DNA of 64,000 bases from Lama guanicoe (Eukaryota): positions 7,784,358-7,848,357 of the forward strand of contig MU054187.1 in the NCBI GenBank assembly GCA_013239625.1. The letters are read 5' to 3'. The position numbers and the translations under genes are program-made. Positions 12,793-25,700 of this stretch are shown here, piece by piece; position 1 is the stretch's first letter, and each line of letters opens with the position of its first letter. A model generated the notes under the pieces. That model had not been told where the DNA came from. It saw only the letters and a program-made list of their open reading frames with translations, and did not search any database.

Positions 12793-15700
12793 TGCTCTGA
12801 GGGCGCCTGACCCACTTCTTCCCGAGAAGCTCGCTGCGGTGCATCCGGGATGTTCGTGCAGCCGTTCTCTCTGAAGAAATGTGGGCCATCAAGGAAGCTT
12901 CTGGAAAAAAATGGCGTTACTCGTTCAGATCTCTCCAGGGGGAGCCCTGCTGGTAACGGCTGACATCAGAGCCCAGGTGCTACTACTGCGTATCGCTGTG
13001 GATTCCAATCAGGCCGCTGGGATCGGGCCATCTCGGCCTCCCGTCGGCACCACGCTGAATGCGATGCAGGGCCGGCAGAGATCCGGGTGTCAGTTTAGAG
13101 TCTGGATCCATCACTCACGGTTAATGAAAGAGAATTTTTTTTTTAATTTAAATAAGGAGAAACTTTCCTTTTTTAATAGTACAAGCCTTGAGTAAAGTTG
13201 GGAAAGCTCCCCCAGTTCTCTCCCTGTGTTTATTACTTGTTTGTTTGGCTTGGTTTTGGATGGAAAAAGATCACGGATGATTTGAGGAAACAGAGACCGT
13301 CAGGAGCCTGGATCTGGTGCTGAGCAGAGTCCACTGTCTTGCTCAAAACTTCTGACCACAGAAATAGGTAGATTCATAAAGAGCAAACAGGCAGAAAACA
13401 CCTCACTTTCAAACGTTCAGTTACTCCGTCTTAGTGACCTCCATCCAATTCAGGCAGCTTTGATTTTATGCCACGGTCCCCCGACATTCAGCCCTGCCTA
13501 CTAGATGAAGACTGGAGACCCTTTCTCTCCACATGGCCAGAGGCATGGGAATGACCGGGTGTAGGGAGCAGGAGAAAGAGCTTCTGTTGTCTGAGAAATC
13601 AGTGCACAGCTGAAGACAGGGAAGTGGTTTAATTTGTAGGGATAAAGAAAAGATTTGAAATTATAAACACGAAGACAAGTCATAAGACCAGAAGCCAGGC
13701 AGGTCTGGGAAGCGTCAGATGAGAGGTGTCATGTCCCAAAGTGTGAGCCTAAGGCCACGGGCACTGTGAGGTGTCGGAGCTGCTTTGGATGGGTGTTTGC
13801 TGGGTGACACGGGGACAGACGGAGTGTGACATTGGCAGGCTGAGAGGACCAGGCAGCAACTCAGGGCTCATAATGTATTCTCATAATGTGGTTATATCAG
13901 TCTTTCTTTTTAATGAGACTTTAAAATTGTGAGATAATTGTAGATTCATATAAAGTTTTCTGAAAGAATACAGAAAGAGCTTATGTATTGTTTATTCAGT
14001 TTCCCATAGTTATAACACTTTGCAGACCTGTAGTACAATATCATGACCAAGATGTCAACATCCATACAGTCAAGAACCAAGATAGTTCCATCACCACATG
14101 GTCCTTCAGGCTGTCATTTTATAACCACATCCATTCCTTCCCATCCCCACCCCTAGTAACCACTAACCTGTCCTCTATTCTTCTAATTTTGTTGTTTCAA
14201 GTATGTTATGTAATGGAATCATATAGTATAGAACCTTTGGGGACTGGCTTTTTTTCTCAGCATATTCCTCTGGAATTCCATCCAGACTGTTGTATGGATC
14301 AACAGTGTGTTCCTTTTTAGTGCCAAGTAGTATTCCATGGTGTGCATGTACCTCAGACTCTAATTATTCACCAATGGAAATCTGGGTTGTTTACAACTTT
14401 TGACTAGTATGAATTAAGCTTCTATGAACATTCATGCACAGGTATTTTTGTGAACCTTACCATCGTTTCTCTAGGATAAATGCTAGGTTGTATGGTGCTT
14501 GCATGTGGAGTTTTTTAAGAAGCTGCTAAAAGGTATCATACATTCCCACTAGAAATGTATGAGTGATTCAGTTTCTCCACATCTTCCTCAGCTTTTGGTG
14601 TTGTCACTATTTTTTTTTTTTGGCCACTCTGATAGGTGTATAGTGATATCTTATTGTCATTTTAATTTCCATACCCCCACTGGCTAGTGATGCTGATCAC
14701 TGTTTCATGTGTTTGTTTTCAGTGAAAGGTCTCTTCAAGTCTTTTGTTTATTTTCTCATTGGATTGTTTTTACTGTTGTTCCGAGGGCTCTTTAGAGAGT
14801 CCAGATACCAGCCCTTTTACAGATATATTGTTTGAAAACATTTCCTCCCCCTGTGTAGCTTTGTCTTTTCAACCTCCGAACAAGGTCTTTCATGAAGTAA
14901 AGGTTTCAGCTTGTCAGTATTTCCTTTTACGGGCTGTGCTTTCACTGTCAAGGCTACAAACCCCATGCTTCGTCCTAGACCCTGAAGACTTTTCTCCTGG
15001 GTTTCTTTTTCAAAAAATTTTATAGTCTTACACTTTACGTGTTTTTTAATTAGACACGAGACTTTAGTCAAGGTTTCTTTTTCTTTTCTTTTCTTTTCTT
15101 TTCCCACGAATCTCTAATTGCTCCAGCACAATTTGTTGAAAAGGCTTTCTTTCATTCAAAAAGTGAATTGCTTTTGCAACTTTGTCTAAACTCAGCTGAG
15201 CCCATGTGCTTGGGTCTCCTTCTAAGATCTATGTATCTGTCCCGCTGTTATCATACTGCAGTTATATAGTATGGCTTGAAATCAGGTAGACTAATTTGTT
15301 CCACTTTTTTCTTCTTTTATAAATTTTTGTTTTGTTCTAGTTACTTGATCTTCCCATATAAATTTTAGAAAAACTGTATCTACCAAAATCTTTCTGGGAT
15401 TTTTGATAGGAATTGAGTTATACCTGCATATCAATTTAGGGAGTACCAACATATTTACTGTATTGAGTCTTCTAATCCATGAAAATCATTATCCTTTTCA
15501 TTTATTTAGATCTTTAAAAAATTTCTTTCATCAGTGTATAGTTTTTAGCATACAAATCTTGTGCATATTTTGTTACATTTATACCTAAGTATTTCATTTT
15601 TTTTATTGATTGTAAATATTTTTAATTTTGGTATCCAGACGTTCATTGCTAGTATATAGAGATACAATTGGATTTTGAGTTTTGTCATATGTTCTTTGAA

Positions 15701-16410
15701 CTTGCTACACTTGCTTATTACTTCTAGGAGTTTTTTAAGATGTCTTTGCATTTTCCTATGCTGACAATCATGTCATCTGCAAATAAGGGCAATTTTCTTT
15801 CATCCTTTTAAATCTGTATCCCTTTATTTCCTTTTCTTACCTGATTATACTGGCTAAAACTTACAGCACTGCATTGAAAAAGAGTGGTAAGAGAAGGCAT
15901 CCTTACCTTGTTCCTAATCTTAGTGGAAAATACTGAAAATTTCACCATTATGTGTAGAGTCAGCTGTAGAGTTGTTTTTTTCTAACAGATGTCCTTTTCA
16001 AGTTGAGGAAGTGTCCCTTTATTCTTATTTTTGAAGAGTTTTTAGCATGAATGAGTATTGTATTTTGTCAAATGCCTTTTCTTCATTGATTGCTATGATC
16101 ATATTATTTTTCTTCTTTAACCTCTTAAAATGGAGATTATAAAATTATGTTGATTGATAATCAAATATTGAACCAGGCCTCTATCCTTGGGAAAAAAAAA
16201 ACTCATTTGGTCATGGTGTATAATTCTTTTCATCTGTTGATGAATTGTATTTGCCAATATTTTGTTAAAGAGCCTGATGTCAGTACTCAGTAAGGCATAT
16301 TATACATTCTTTGGTTTTGGTAACAGGGTAATTTTAGCTTTACAAAATGAGGGAAAAGTTTCCTTTTTCTTTTATTTCCTGGAAGTAATTGTGTAGAATT
16401 GATGTTGATT

Positions 16411-16762
16411 TTTCCAATGAAATATAATTGACATAGAACATTATATTAGTTTCAGATGTACATGATTCAATATTTGTATATATTGTGACATGATCTCCAC
16501 AATACATCTAATTGATATCCATTGCCACATTTAATTACAATAGTATTTTTTTTTTTGGCGTGCGATGAGAATTTTTAAGGTCTACTCTCTTAGCAACTTG
16601 CAAAGATACTGTACTGTATTACTAACTATAGCCACCGTGCTATACATTACATCCCCAGGACTTATTTATTTTATAACTAGAAGTTTGACCCTTTGACCCC
16701 ATTCACCCATTTCTCCCTACCCCCGCCCCACCCCACCCCTGGCAACCACCAATCTGTTCTTT
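16411..16762 (-). mobile_element. L1 3'-end fragment nested in the older L1
   Basis: GAAATATAATTGACATA...TTAAGGTCTACTCTCTTAGCAAC...GGCAACCACCAATCTGTTCT; degenerate TSD AATTGATGTTGATT (16397-16410) versus AATAATGCTGATT (16763-16775). Confidence 0.8.
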
Positions 16763-17604
16763 GAATAATGCTGATTCTTCTCTTAACAGTGGGTAGAATT
16801 CTCCAGTGGAACCATCTAGGCCCAGAATGATCATTTGACTAATTTTTAAATTATGAATTTGGTTTCCTTGATAGTTGTATGGTTATTCACATTATGTATT
16901 TCATGTTGGCTAACTTATGGTAGGTTCTGTTTTTTGAGGAGTTGGTCCATTTTATTTAAGCTATCGGTATCAAATTGATATGTAAACGATTATTGGAGAA
17001 TTTATTTCTTTTCCTTTTGCTGTCTGAACGTCTGGAGGGACATCCCTGTTTGATTTGTGATATTGATATTGATATTTTGTGTCTTCTCTCTTTTTGTTAG
17101 TCTTGCAAGAGGATTATCAATTTTACTGATCTTTTCAAATTGCTAGCTTATTATTTCGTATCTTTTCTATTGTTTGTTGGTTTTCAATTTTATTGATTTC
17201 TCCTTTTATATTTCTTATTTCCTCTCTTCTGCTTGCTTTGGGTTTATTTTACTCTTTTTTTCCCCCTAGTTCTTGAGGTGGCTGCTCAGATGATTGATTT
17301 AAGAGTTTTCTTCTATTTTAACATATGCATTTAGTGTGATAAATTTCCCTCTTGGCACACTTTTAACTGCATTGCATCAATTTTGTTATGTTGTGTTTTT
17401 AGTTTTTTTCAGTGTGTGTGTGTGTTTCTCTTGAGACCAGTATCTTTTTGACTCCTGGGTTATTTGGAGGGGTGTTGTTTAGTTTACAGATATTTTGAGA
17501 ATTTCCTGTCCTCTATTACTGGTTTCTTATTTAATTTCACTGGGTCAGAGAATACATTCTGAATGATTTAAATTCCTTTAAAACTGTTGACCCTTATATT
17601 TTTG

Positions 17605-18070
17605 TTTTGATGTTGAGTACCTCTTCATGTACTTGCTGGCCACTTGAATGTCTTCTTTGGAAAAAATGTCTGTTCAGGTCCTCTGCCCATTTTTTAATCT
17701 GATTATTTGGTTTTTTGCTTTCTAGTAGTTTGAATTTCTTATATATTTTGGATACTACCCCCTTGTCAGATGGATGCTTTGCAAATATTGTCTCCCATTC
17801 CATAGGTTGCCTTTTCTTTTGGACAATTTTTGCTTTTGCTGGGAAGAAGCTTTTTAGTTTGATATGGTCCTACTTACTTATTTTTGCTTTTGTGCTTGTG
17901 CTTTTGGAGTCACATCCAAAAAAACCCGTTGCCAAGACCAATGTCAAGGAGTTTTTTTCTCTGGAAGTTTTTCTAATCTCAGCTTGGATAAGTCTTTAGT
18001 CCATTTTGAGTTAATTTTTGTGAGTGGTGTACAGGGGTCCATTTCTTTTACATGTGAATATCAGTTTTCC
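17605..18070 (-). mobile_element. L1 ORF2 C-terminal fragment (younger than the host L1)
   Basis: Translation EWETIFAKHPSDKGVVSKIYKKFKLLESKKPNNQIKKWAEDLNRHF matches L1 ORF2 EWEKIFANH.SDKGLISRIYKEL...IKKWAKDLNRHF. Confidence 0.9.
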
Positions 18071-18679
18071 TAGGTATTGTTACCTATTGATCATCTTTTT
18101 CATGAAGTTTGGGATCTTCCTAATCCTTGGTATGATGAGTAATTTTCTCTTGAAACATGTACTTTTTTGCATTCTCTTATGAGACTCGATTTTATTTAAT
18201 CTTCTCTTTTAGCTTGAGTTGGACAGTGCTCCTGCAGGGAAAGAAGGGTGCCACCTTGCTATTGCCAAATGGAGGTAGAAATTCAGGCGCTTCACTAGCC
18301 TCCATTTACACCTTAGCTTGACTCTTTGCTGCTGCTGGTTGGAAGCAGAAATGATGACTTCCTAAGTGGTGTCCATGGCCACCATGTTGGGTGGGCCTCA
18401 GTGCGGGAAGTACATTAACTACTCGGAACTTACTTACCTTGTAGCTGAAAGTTTGTACCCTTTGACAACATCTCATCATTTCCTCAACCTTCCAGCCCCT
18501 GGAAACCCCCATTTTAGTCTCTTTTTCTGTAAGTTTGGCTTCAGGCTGCTGTCATTGTCTCCACTGTAGATGACAATCAAATCTGGTCATAGACAGCTCG
18601 ATGGATGTGTAGAAGTAGCACCAAGAACAAGCTATTGCAATAAAATATCAAACCAACAACCAGCTCATGGTTGATTGTA

Positions 18680-18830
18680 ACCCAGGAACAAATTCCAGCC
18701 ATCTCTTTATTTGCTCTGTGATTTTGGGCAAGTCATTAACCTCACTTGCCTTGGTTTCCCCAGCAGTTAAATACAGATAATAATGTTGCCTACACTAGTG
18801 TGTAATGATGATTAGATAATACATAGTTCC
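18680..18830 (+). mobile_element. MIR SINE
   Basis: TCTGTGATTTTGGGCAAGTCATTAACCTCACTTGCCTTGGTTTCCCC is the MIR core. Confidence 0.75.
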
Positions 18831-20529
18831 CCAAAGATGGTAAGAATTTGAAAAATTAATAAGTTGAATATATTAATAAAAAAAGACTGAAAGATATCCT
18901 GTAACTCGATCTCATTGCTCAATCATTTGCTTTTAGGTACATCCTTCTGCCTTCAGAAAAGAAGAGAAGTGTGAATTTTCAAGAGCGTTCATACTCTTTT
19001 TTTCTCTGGAAGCCTAGAGATTCAGAGTAGGAGCCCTGTTAGGACGAGGGCTTCTGGGGAGGCAGGAAGAGAAGAGATGTGACTTGGAATGAAATGACAT
19101 ATAGGAGTCCAGTACCCCATCATTCATAACTCAAGCTGGATATAAGGTAATTTTTTTTTCATTTTTCTTTTTGTTAAATTGCAGTGTCCTCAAGTACATC
19201 TGTTAACCTATTTTGAATTAGAAACTGTTGTTTTTACTGACATTACTGACAATTTATAGAGGAGACATGAGACACACACTTCTACTCAACTCTCAATATC
19301 CCTCTATCCGTAGAGTCAAAGCAGGGTGGTGCAGAATGAACCGCATACTGTGCCATGCTGGGTGGGGGAAGGCTAGCTGTGAGGGAGGACATAAAATCTA
19401 TTCCAAGGTCTGTGACCATGGTAATGGTATTTAAGACTAAATTACATGTTTGTAAAAGGAGAGAAATAGACCCCTTAATTCTTTCAGTGCTTTCATTGGT
19501 GGGTTGGTGTCAGGAAAATCCTTCTATATGGGATTTTGTGTCTTTTGGTCATTTCTCCAGTCTACTAATGTCTTCTAAGCCAATCATTTCTTTAAACTGT
19601 GAGAGAAAATTATTTATTCAAAGAAAAACATATCATTGCTTTAGGGCCTCCAATGATGTGTACAAAATACAAATTCAACAATTACATTACATTAAATTAA
19701 ATTAACTCCAGCAGCTGTAATTTCCCATAAAAAGCACAGCAGAGTATTGGGCATGAGAGAATGCCACATAAAGCCTGTTATTTTTTTCTTATGGTTTTAG
19801 TTATTTAATCTTTCCATTCCCCAAAGAATTAGGATGCTCAAGTATACTTTTTACATGATTTAAATCTTTCCTACTAAATAAAGCTATTTGATATATCTAC
19901 AGACTTTTCTGTTTGGCAGTGTATCATTAACACCTTCTCTATTTCAACTGAAACATTTAAAAACCTAACTGTATTAGAAGAACATAACAAAACAATAATC
20001 TAGGACTATCAATATGAACTGATAACTACCACAAAACAAATCCTCATCATATAAATTTGATTATAGCCTCTTTAAAATATGTGTATTTTGTATCCATACT
20101 TCCATTTTTTATCTAATATTGATATAATATTGTGGGCTCTTGGCAGTAACTGTTTCACTTTGGTTGACATGTCAGACTTGTGATCTGTGTTAAACTGAAT
20201 GACTACATGGTCCTTGGGATGGTGATTTCTCAGTTTCAGTTCTTACCCTCTACTTGAGTATCGTACTCAGACAGAACACCCTCAGGATGGCTCATCTCCT
20301 CCCCCTTCTCCATCTTCTTCTCCTTCTTCTTCATATGTTTATTTTATTTGTCTCAAATTCTGAATTTGATTTGCAGACTACCAGTATAGGATGCAGCTGT
20401 CTTCAAGAATTAAGGATTAGCTGGGACCATCAAAGTTATAAGCAGAAATCATTCTGGCTTGGATGTATAGCAGTCTAGATTCCAAACTCTTCATTTAATC
20501 TGACAATTTGCTTGGAAGATGATGTTGGA

Positions 20530-20770
20530 AATGGGAGCCAGGCAACCCAGGTTACAGTCCTGGCTCTGGCCCTGGGTTCTTTTCTGAACTCAGAAAATTC
20601 ACCTGATCCCTTTTTGCTTTAGTTTACTCGTAGGCAAAGTGCTGATAATATGAACACATGATAGTAGGATAATACAACTATCTAAAATGACTTAGTTGTG
20701 AGGTTCACAATGAAATATACTATATAGAAATACTTTCAAAGTAGAGACATTATATAAATGTTAGGTGTTT
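20530..20770 (+). mobile_element. MIR SINE (degraded)
   Basis: CCCAGGTTACAGTCCTGGCTCTG...TTTAGTTTACTC...GTTGTGAGGTTCA...TTATATAAATGTTAGG follows the MIR layout. Confidence 0.55.
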
Positions 20771-22229
20771 GAATGGTCAAGATCGTATATAGATTGGTTA
20801 ATAAAATATACAATTAAAATTTGTGATTTGGAGAATTATAGTTATTATGCAGAGATTGTCACATCTTCTAGAAACCTAACAGCAATGTAAGATATTATTT
20901 CATGCATACGATATTCAATATCCCATGAGAGAAAGTCTTGAAAGATATCAATGCTCTGTTTTAATAAAAAACAAATTTTCCCAGATATCCAAACCAACCC
21001 AGGTGTTCTCTGCTCCTGCAGGCTTTTGCAAAATTGAGAATTCATTAGCCCTAAAATCAATCAAGCCCTCAATCACCAGGAATCTTGCAAGCTTTCGCAG
21101 ATCCCTGAGGAAATTCCCCTACCCCTTTCCATTGGTTTAAGATTGCTTGGGATTGAATTTAGACTTGTGAGGAGAACATAATTGGTAATTTTTCCTTTGA
21201 GGAATGGCTGTGTGTGTAAGTGTGTTTGTATGTTTGTTGGGGCGGGGGAGAGGTGAAAGAGAGAGGGAGAGAGAGAGAACCATTGATGCAAAAGTCTTAC
21301 AGCTTCTTTCCATATGAACTTTTCTTGTTATGCAGTAGAAATTTTGGATTTTTGATCATTACTGCAGTGGGAAGCAACATATATTTTAAAAGCGGTTCAG
21401 GATAACAGCTGTAATGCTGTCTAAATGATTCTGGCCTGTCTCTGTGCTGGGATTCCGAAGGCCCTCCTGCAGAATTCTCGGCTGTCTGTGCCTTTATGCG
21501 GTACTGCAACAACTCAGGGAGAGCGATAGCTTTTCGTTTTCCTGACATATATTGTGATGTTTTGGTGACTGAGCCATGGGCAGCTCTTTTGCTAATTGAG
21601 AGGAAAAAGAGCAATTTTTATCAAGCTAAGACATTTTTCTGAAGACAGTCCCAATTGTGCAGGCTCTCAGAAAAATAAAACATAACAACAACAACAACAA
21701 AAAAAACCAGATGTAGTCTGGTTCACAAAATGTATTGATTTTATGAGATGTTCCTAGAAAAAACCAAAGGAAGAATTCAACTTTGGAAGCTATTGTCAAG
21801 AATCTTTTCTAAGTGGCAGGAAAAGGGAATTGGAGTCAGAGCATTGGTTCAGACCCCAGGGCAGCCGCTTAGCAGCTACTTTTCCTTTCTGAGACCCCTG
21901 ATTAAATTCATCTGTAGGAAGGGGAACCTTTGACTAGCTGAGTGTGTAAACGGCGAGTGTCAGATCCCCTGAAGGCAGTTTCATTTAACAGCATTTACGA
22001 GTGTGACAGAGTATGGGGAAGTTCTGATCTCCTCCGCCTCCGAGACAGGACACGAGGGCTGGGAAGGATGCTGCAAGGCCTGTTTCACATGGCCGTTTTG
22101 GGTCTCAGGCCTTTTCCTGGTTGAGGAGAAGGTGGTAGTCCTCAGGCTCCCGTAACCCACACATCCTGGAGGAAGGGAGGCCAGTTGGGCTGGGGTCACA
22201 TACAGCAGGGCATCCTGGACTTTGACGTA

Positions 22230-22325
22230 CAGGAGAACCACCTGAGGACTTGCTATAACACATTCTCCGCAGCCCCATCCTCAGAGATTCTCATTCAAGG
22301 ATCAGGGCAGGGCCCTTGAAATACC
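22230..22325. mobile_element. MER5-type hAT-Charlie DNA transposon fragment
   Basis: GAACCACCTGAGGACTTGCTA...GCCCCATCCTCAGAGATTCTCATTCA resembles MER5A/B. Confidence 0.55.
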
Positions 22326-22511
22326 ATCTCCTGAAAGGTCAAGACCTGCAGGTGAGAATTCCTCTCCGAGAGGCTCCCTGTTTCAGGCAGAGCGAGCACA
22401 CGGCTCCCATGGACCCAGAGCATCAGGGACTCATCTTTCTCACATGCAGAAACCTTTGTTTTTTTCCCCCAAGGAAGGAAAGAATGTACATTAATACTAC
22501 ATGTAATTTAC

Positions 22512-22750
22512 TTTTTTTCAGCTTTATTTAGGTATAATTGACAAAACTGTAAGATATTTAAAGTGTATATCATGATAATTTGATATATGCATGCATTGTG
22601 AATGGAGTCTTCCATCTAGCTCACTAACACACCCAATGCCTCACGTATTTACCTGCTTTCATCTCTTGGTGAAAACATTGACGTTTCCTTTCCTAGCAAA
22701 TTTCAATTGCACAATAGTGTGTTAGCAACCATAGTCACCACACTTTACAC
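22512..22750 (-). mobile_element. L1 3'-end fragment
   Basis: CAGCTTTATTTAGGTATAATTGACAAAA...TTTAAAGTGTA...TAGCAAATTTCAA...ACCATAGTCACCA. Confidence 0.8.
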
Positions 22751-22849
22751 GTGACATGTATATATGTATATATGTATATTTAAATGGGTGAATGAGCAAA
22801 TTGGAGGAAGCAATTCTCAAACAAGGGCTTAGGGGGAGCTGAAGATTAT

Positions 22850-22945
22850 AAATACCTCTTGAGAGCAGGGATCATCTCTTGTTTACTTTTGAGCTCTCAG
22901 CACTTAGCACAATGCTTAGAATATAGTATGCACTCCATAAATATT
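22850..22945 (+). mobile_element. L2 3' end
   Basis: CTCTTGAGAGCAGGGATCATCTCTTGTTTACT...CAGCACTTAGCACAATGCT...ATAGTATGCACTCCATAAATATTT. Confidence 0.75.
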
Positions 22946-23749
22946 TATCGAGGAAATACAGGGATATATGGAACAATGGATGAATGGAGGTTGTCGATAA
23001 AAGAATTGCCATAAAACTTTATCTGCTTGATAGAGGCCTCATCGCCATCTCTTTCATTTCTCCTGCCCTTGTCCTCTTCTGCTCCCTGCACCTGGGTGTA
23101 TCGGCAGGTAAACCTGCAGGTTCTGAGCTCAATACGACCGGGGACAGGGATTATATCAGGACCCTCAGTCCTCCACTCCTGGGATCCAGTTTCCTTGATT
23201 ACCAAGGTCTGGTGCATCATGAATAAATTCTGGGACTGTGTCAGCAACTTATTAATAACAGCCTTGGGTGAGCAGGGCACATTTGGCAAGGTTCTTCCAT
23301 CATTCCTCCTATCAGTTTCAATTTCCTCTTCTCTGTGCTGGTACGTTTCACTTCCCCGGCTGGACTTCCTCCATAGACTGGCGGGTAGGCAATTTTTTTG
23401 TTTCTTTCCATTATCACACCCTGCTACCTGCTCTGTTCTTGAATTATTAGATTTACCAACTGCTCAATCATTTCTAATACTGAATCTGTACACCTCTGTT
23501 TTCCTCCCTTCGACCCTGTATTTCATGAGGTAAGAGACAGGAGTGATGACGTTCTTTTATTTTAAATCTAATGAGGCAAATCTGGTGGGTGCTGGGGCAT
23601 TCTTGGTAAACCAGTTTATCCATCAGACAAGTCTATTCATGCTGAATCCTTGTCTAAGCATATTTTTTTTCTGGACTTACTTTTTTTTCTACATAGACTT
23701 TACCAATGTTTTCACACATAATTAGCAATATATTTTTATCCTGGTAAAT

Positions 23750-24500
23750 TTTTGAAGACCCTATTATGCATCATCCTTAAGATGAAATAAATATCCATGG
23801 GTTAATACTGGTATAGACACATGATTACATAAACAAATAAACGGGGGCATTGCTTATAAGAGGATTCTAATTAATAAATGCGGAAGAAGTGAGGGAAGTT
23901 GGAAATCACCGATGAAGGACTACTACAGTAATAGTAGGTGAGCTGGCGGATGCTGAAATTTGTGGGCAGAAGTTTGAGGAGAAATGTGGCGTCACAAAAT
24001 TTCACTTCCCAAATATTCATTAATTACAAAAATATCTGATATGATTCACTGAGAAGGATGCATAATTTCTGTGATAAAGTTGCCCAAATACACAATCTTA
24101 AGGTAGTCATGAGAAAACGTCAGGAAGATAAATCCAGCTGGAGGGCATTCTACAAAACACCCGGCGGGGACTCTCAAAGTGTTAATTCATGTGAGGCCAG
24201 AAAAGACTGTCACAGACCAGACGAGGAGAGACAAGGGATTGTCACAGATAGAAGCAGAGTAAGGAGACATCAGAACTTGGTGCAGAAGAAAGGACGGTAG
24301 AGGGAAAACTTGTAAGGATTGTCCTGGTCTGCAATTTGGTCAGTAGCATTACACCCATGTTAATGCCTAAGCCTCGGGGCTCACTCTCTGGTTCTGTAGG
24401 ATGCTTCTGTTAAGGAAAAGCTGGGTCAAAGGTACACAGGCATTCCCTGTACCATTTCAACAACTTTTCTCAAAGTCCGCATCTCTTTCCAAATAATGAA
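23750..24500 (+). mobile_element. Old L1M (L1MC/L1MD-like) 3' region
   Basis: CATGAGAAAACGTCAG...GAGGGCATTCTACAAAACAC..., TAGCATTACACCCATGTTAAT and CAACTTTTCTCAAAGTC are old L1 3'UTR motifs. Confidence 0.7.
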
Positions 24501-24939
24501 CTTAGGCTGGGACAATGTGAATCTCTTAGAACAGGGCCTGGTATAGAGTAAATGCTCAGCAAAGTCTTGTTCATCATCGCCAGTGTCGCTGCGGCTTTAA
24601 CCTCCCTAGACTGCCTTGCCAGGACCGACAGCCCTGCTCACGCCTGCTCCCTGCCCCAAACCTGAGCCCGATGTGGCAAAGCCCCTGTTAATAACACGTA
24701 GTTCTCTCCGGAAAAGGCATAAAAAACTGGACTCTGGTCCTTTGTCCCAAAACATGTAGGAAAATACAAGAAATTCTTACTGCTTGCTTTATCTGTCCGC
24801 CTCCTTTAAGAGGCTGCTGGAATTTCTCTGAACATAAACGGAAAATCCAAGCAAGATTGCTCTGAGGTCGTCAGGATGGACCCACGCATGGGAGGCCACG
24901 TTTCCCTGATTGTCCAGAGCTCTTGGACGGCACTGCCTC

Positions 24940-25700
24940 CGTAGATAAGAAAACATTGTTTTCAAAAAGCATCTGACAAGGTTTCACATCAAAGATTTCT
25001 ATCTAAAGCAGACCCAGGGAACAGGAGGTAAAAATAGTACATTGTGGCAGAAAACTAATTTAAGAGTAGTAGACAAAATGCAACCGTGGATGGCAGGCTC
25101 TGCTTCGAATGGGGTTAGAAATAGCATGCTTTCCAGAGCCCTGGGAATCAGGCCTGCATATCTGAGGACATATGCAGGGAGAAAAGATCATCGAATTTGC
25201 TGGTGATACTAACACTGAAGTCTTAGCAAATAATAAGGTGCAATATTATCAGATTGAGAAGGATTTGAATTGCGGGTGATTAAGGCCGAGGATGCCAAAT
25301 GCAGTTCAGGCATAAAGATACGAACTCATAAGTACGGGATCAAGGAGCCAATTATGCAGAACATACACCCAGAAGAGGATTTGGAGGTTATTGCGGGAAA
25401 ATCTGCAAAACCATCAGCACGGAGCACAACTGCATTAGAAAAAGCAACCCAGATTTGCTAGGTTATCTCATCAAAGGGGAAGGAGATGAGAAGAGAGTGA
25501 CACTGCACCTTTGTAAGGCACCGACTTGATTCCTATTTTGAATACAGTGTCCCTGGCTGGACTGAACAGCAAATGAAAAGGACTAGGCTTGGGGATGGGA
25601 GATGCAGTAGAGGGAAACATTTAATTGGGAACCTATTTCCATTTTAGTCTCATTGGCAAGTAAGGGATTTAATGGTGGAGGTTTTAAAATTGAGGTGTTC
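24940..25700 (+). mobile_element. Ancient CR1/L3-clade LINE, reverse-transcriptase remnant
   Basis: Degenerate CR1 RT motifs in the correct order: FQKASDKVSHQRFLSK (from 24960; cf. F.KAFDKV.H.RLL.K), FAGDT (from 25196; cf. FADDT), EEDLEVI...ALEKATQI (from 25372; cf. EKDLGVI...AAKKAN.I), FEYSV (about 25537; cf. LEYCV). Many frameshifts and stops. Confidence 0.85.

Larger units (their letters stand above)
13905..18250 (-). mobile_element. Old L1M LINE remnant (3'UTR plus degraded ORF2) with nested younger L1 pieces
   Basis: T-rich, L1-antisense composition. The minus translation near 15600-15740 (KKLLEVISKCSKF) resembles ORF2 KLLELINEFSKV. L1M 3'-end text GATAATTGTAGATTCA at about 13933. Confidence 0.85.

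Noticed and set aside
23027..23533. Longest ORF in the track (168 aa, + strand)
   Set aside because: Non-ATG start, Ser/Leu/Phe-rich composition typical of pyrimidine-rich non-coding DNA, and no recognisable domain.
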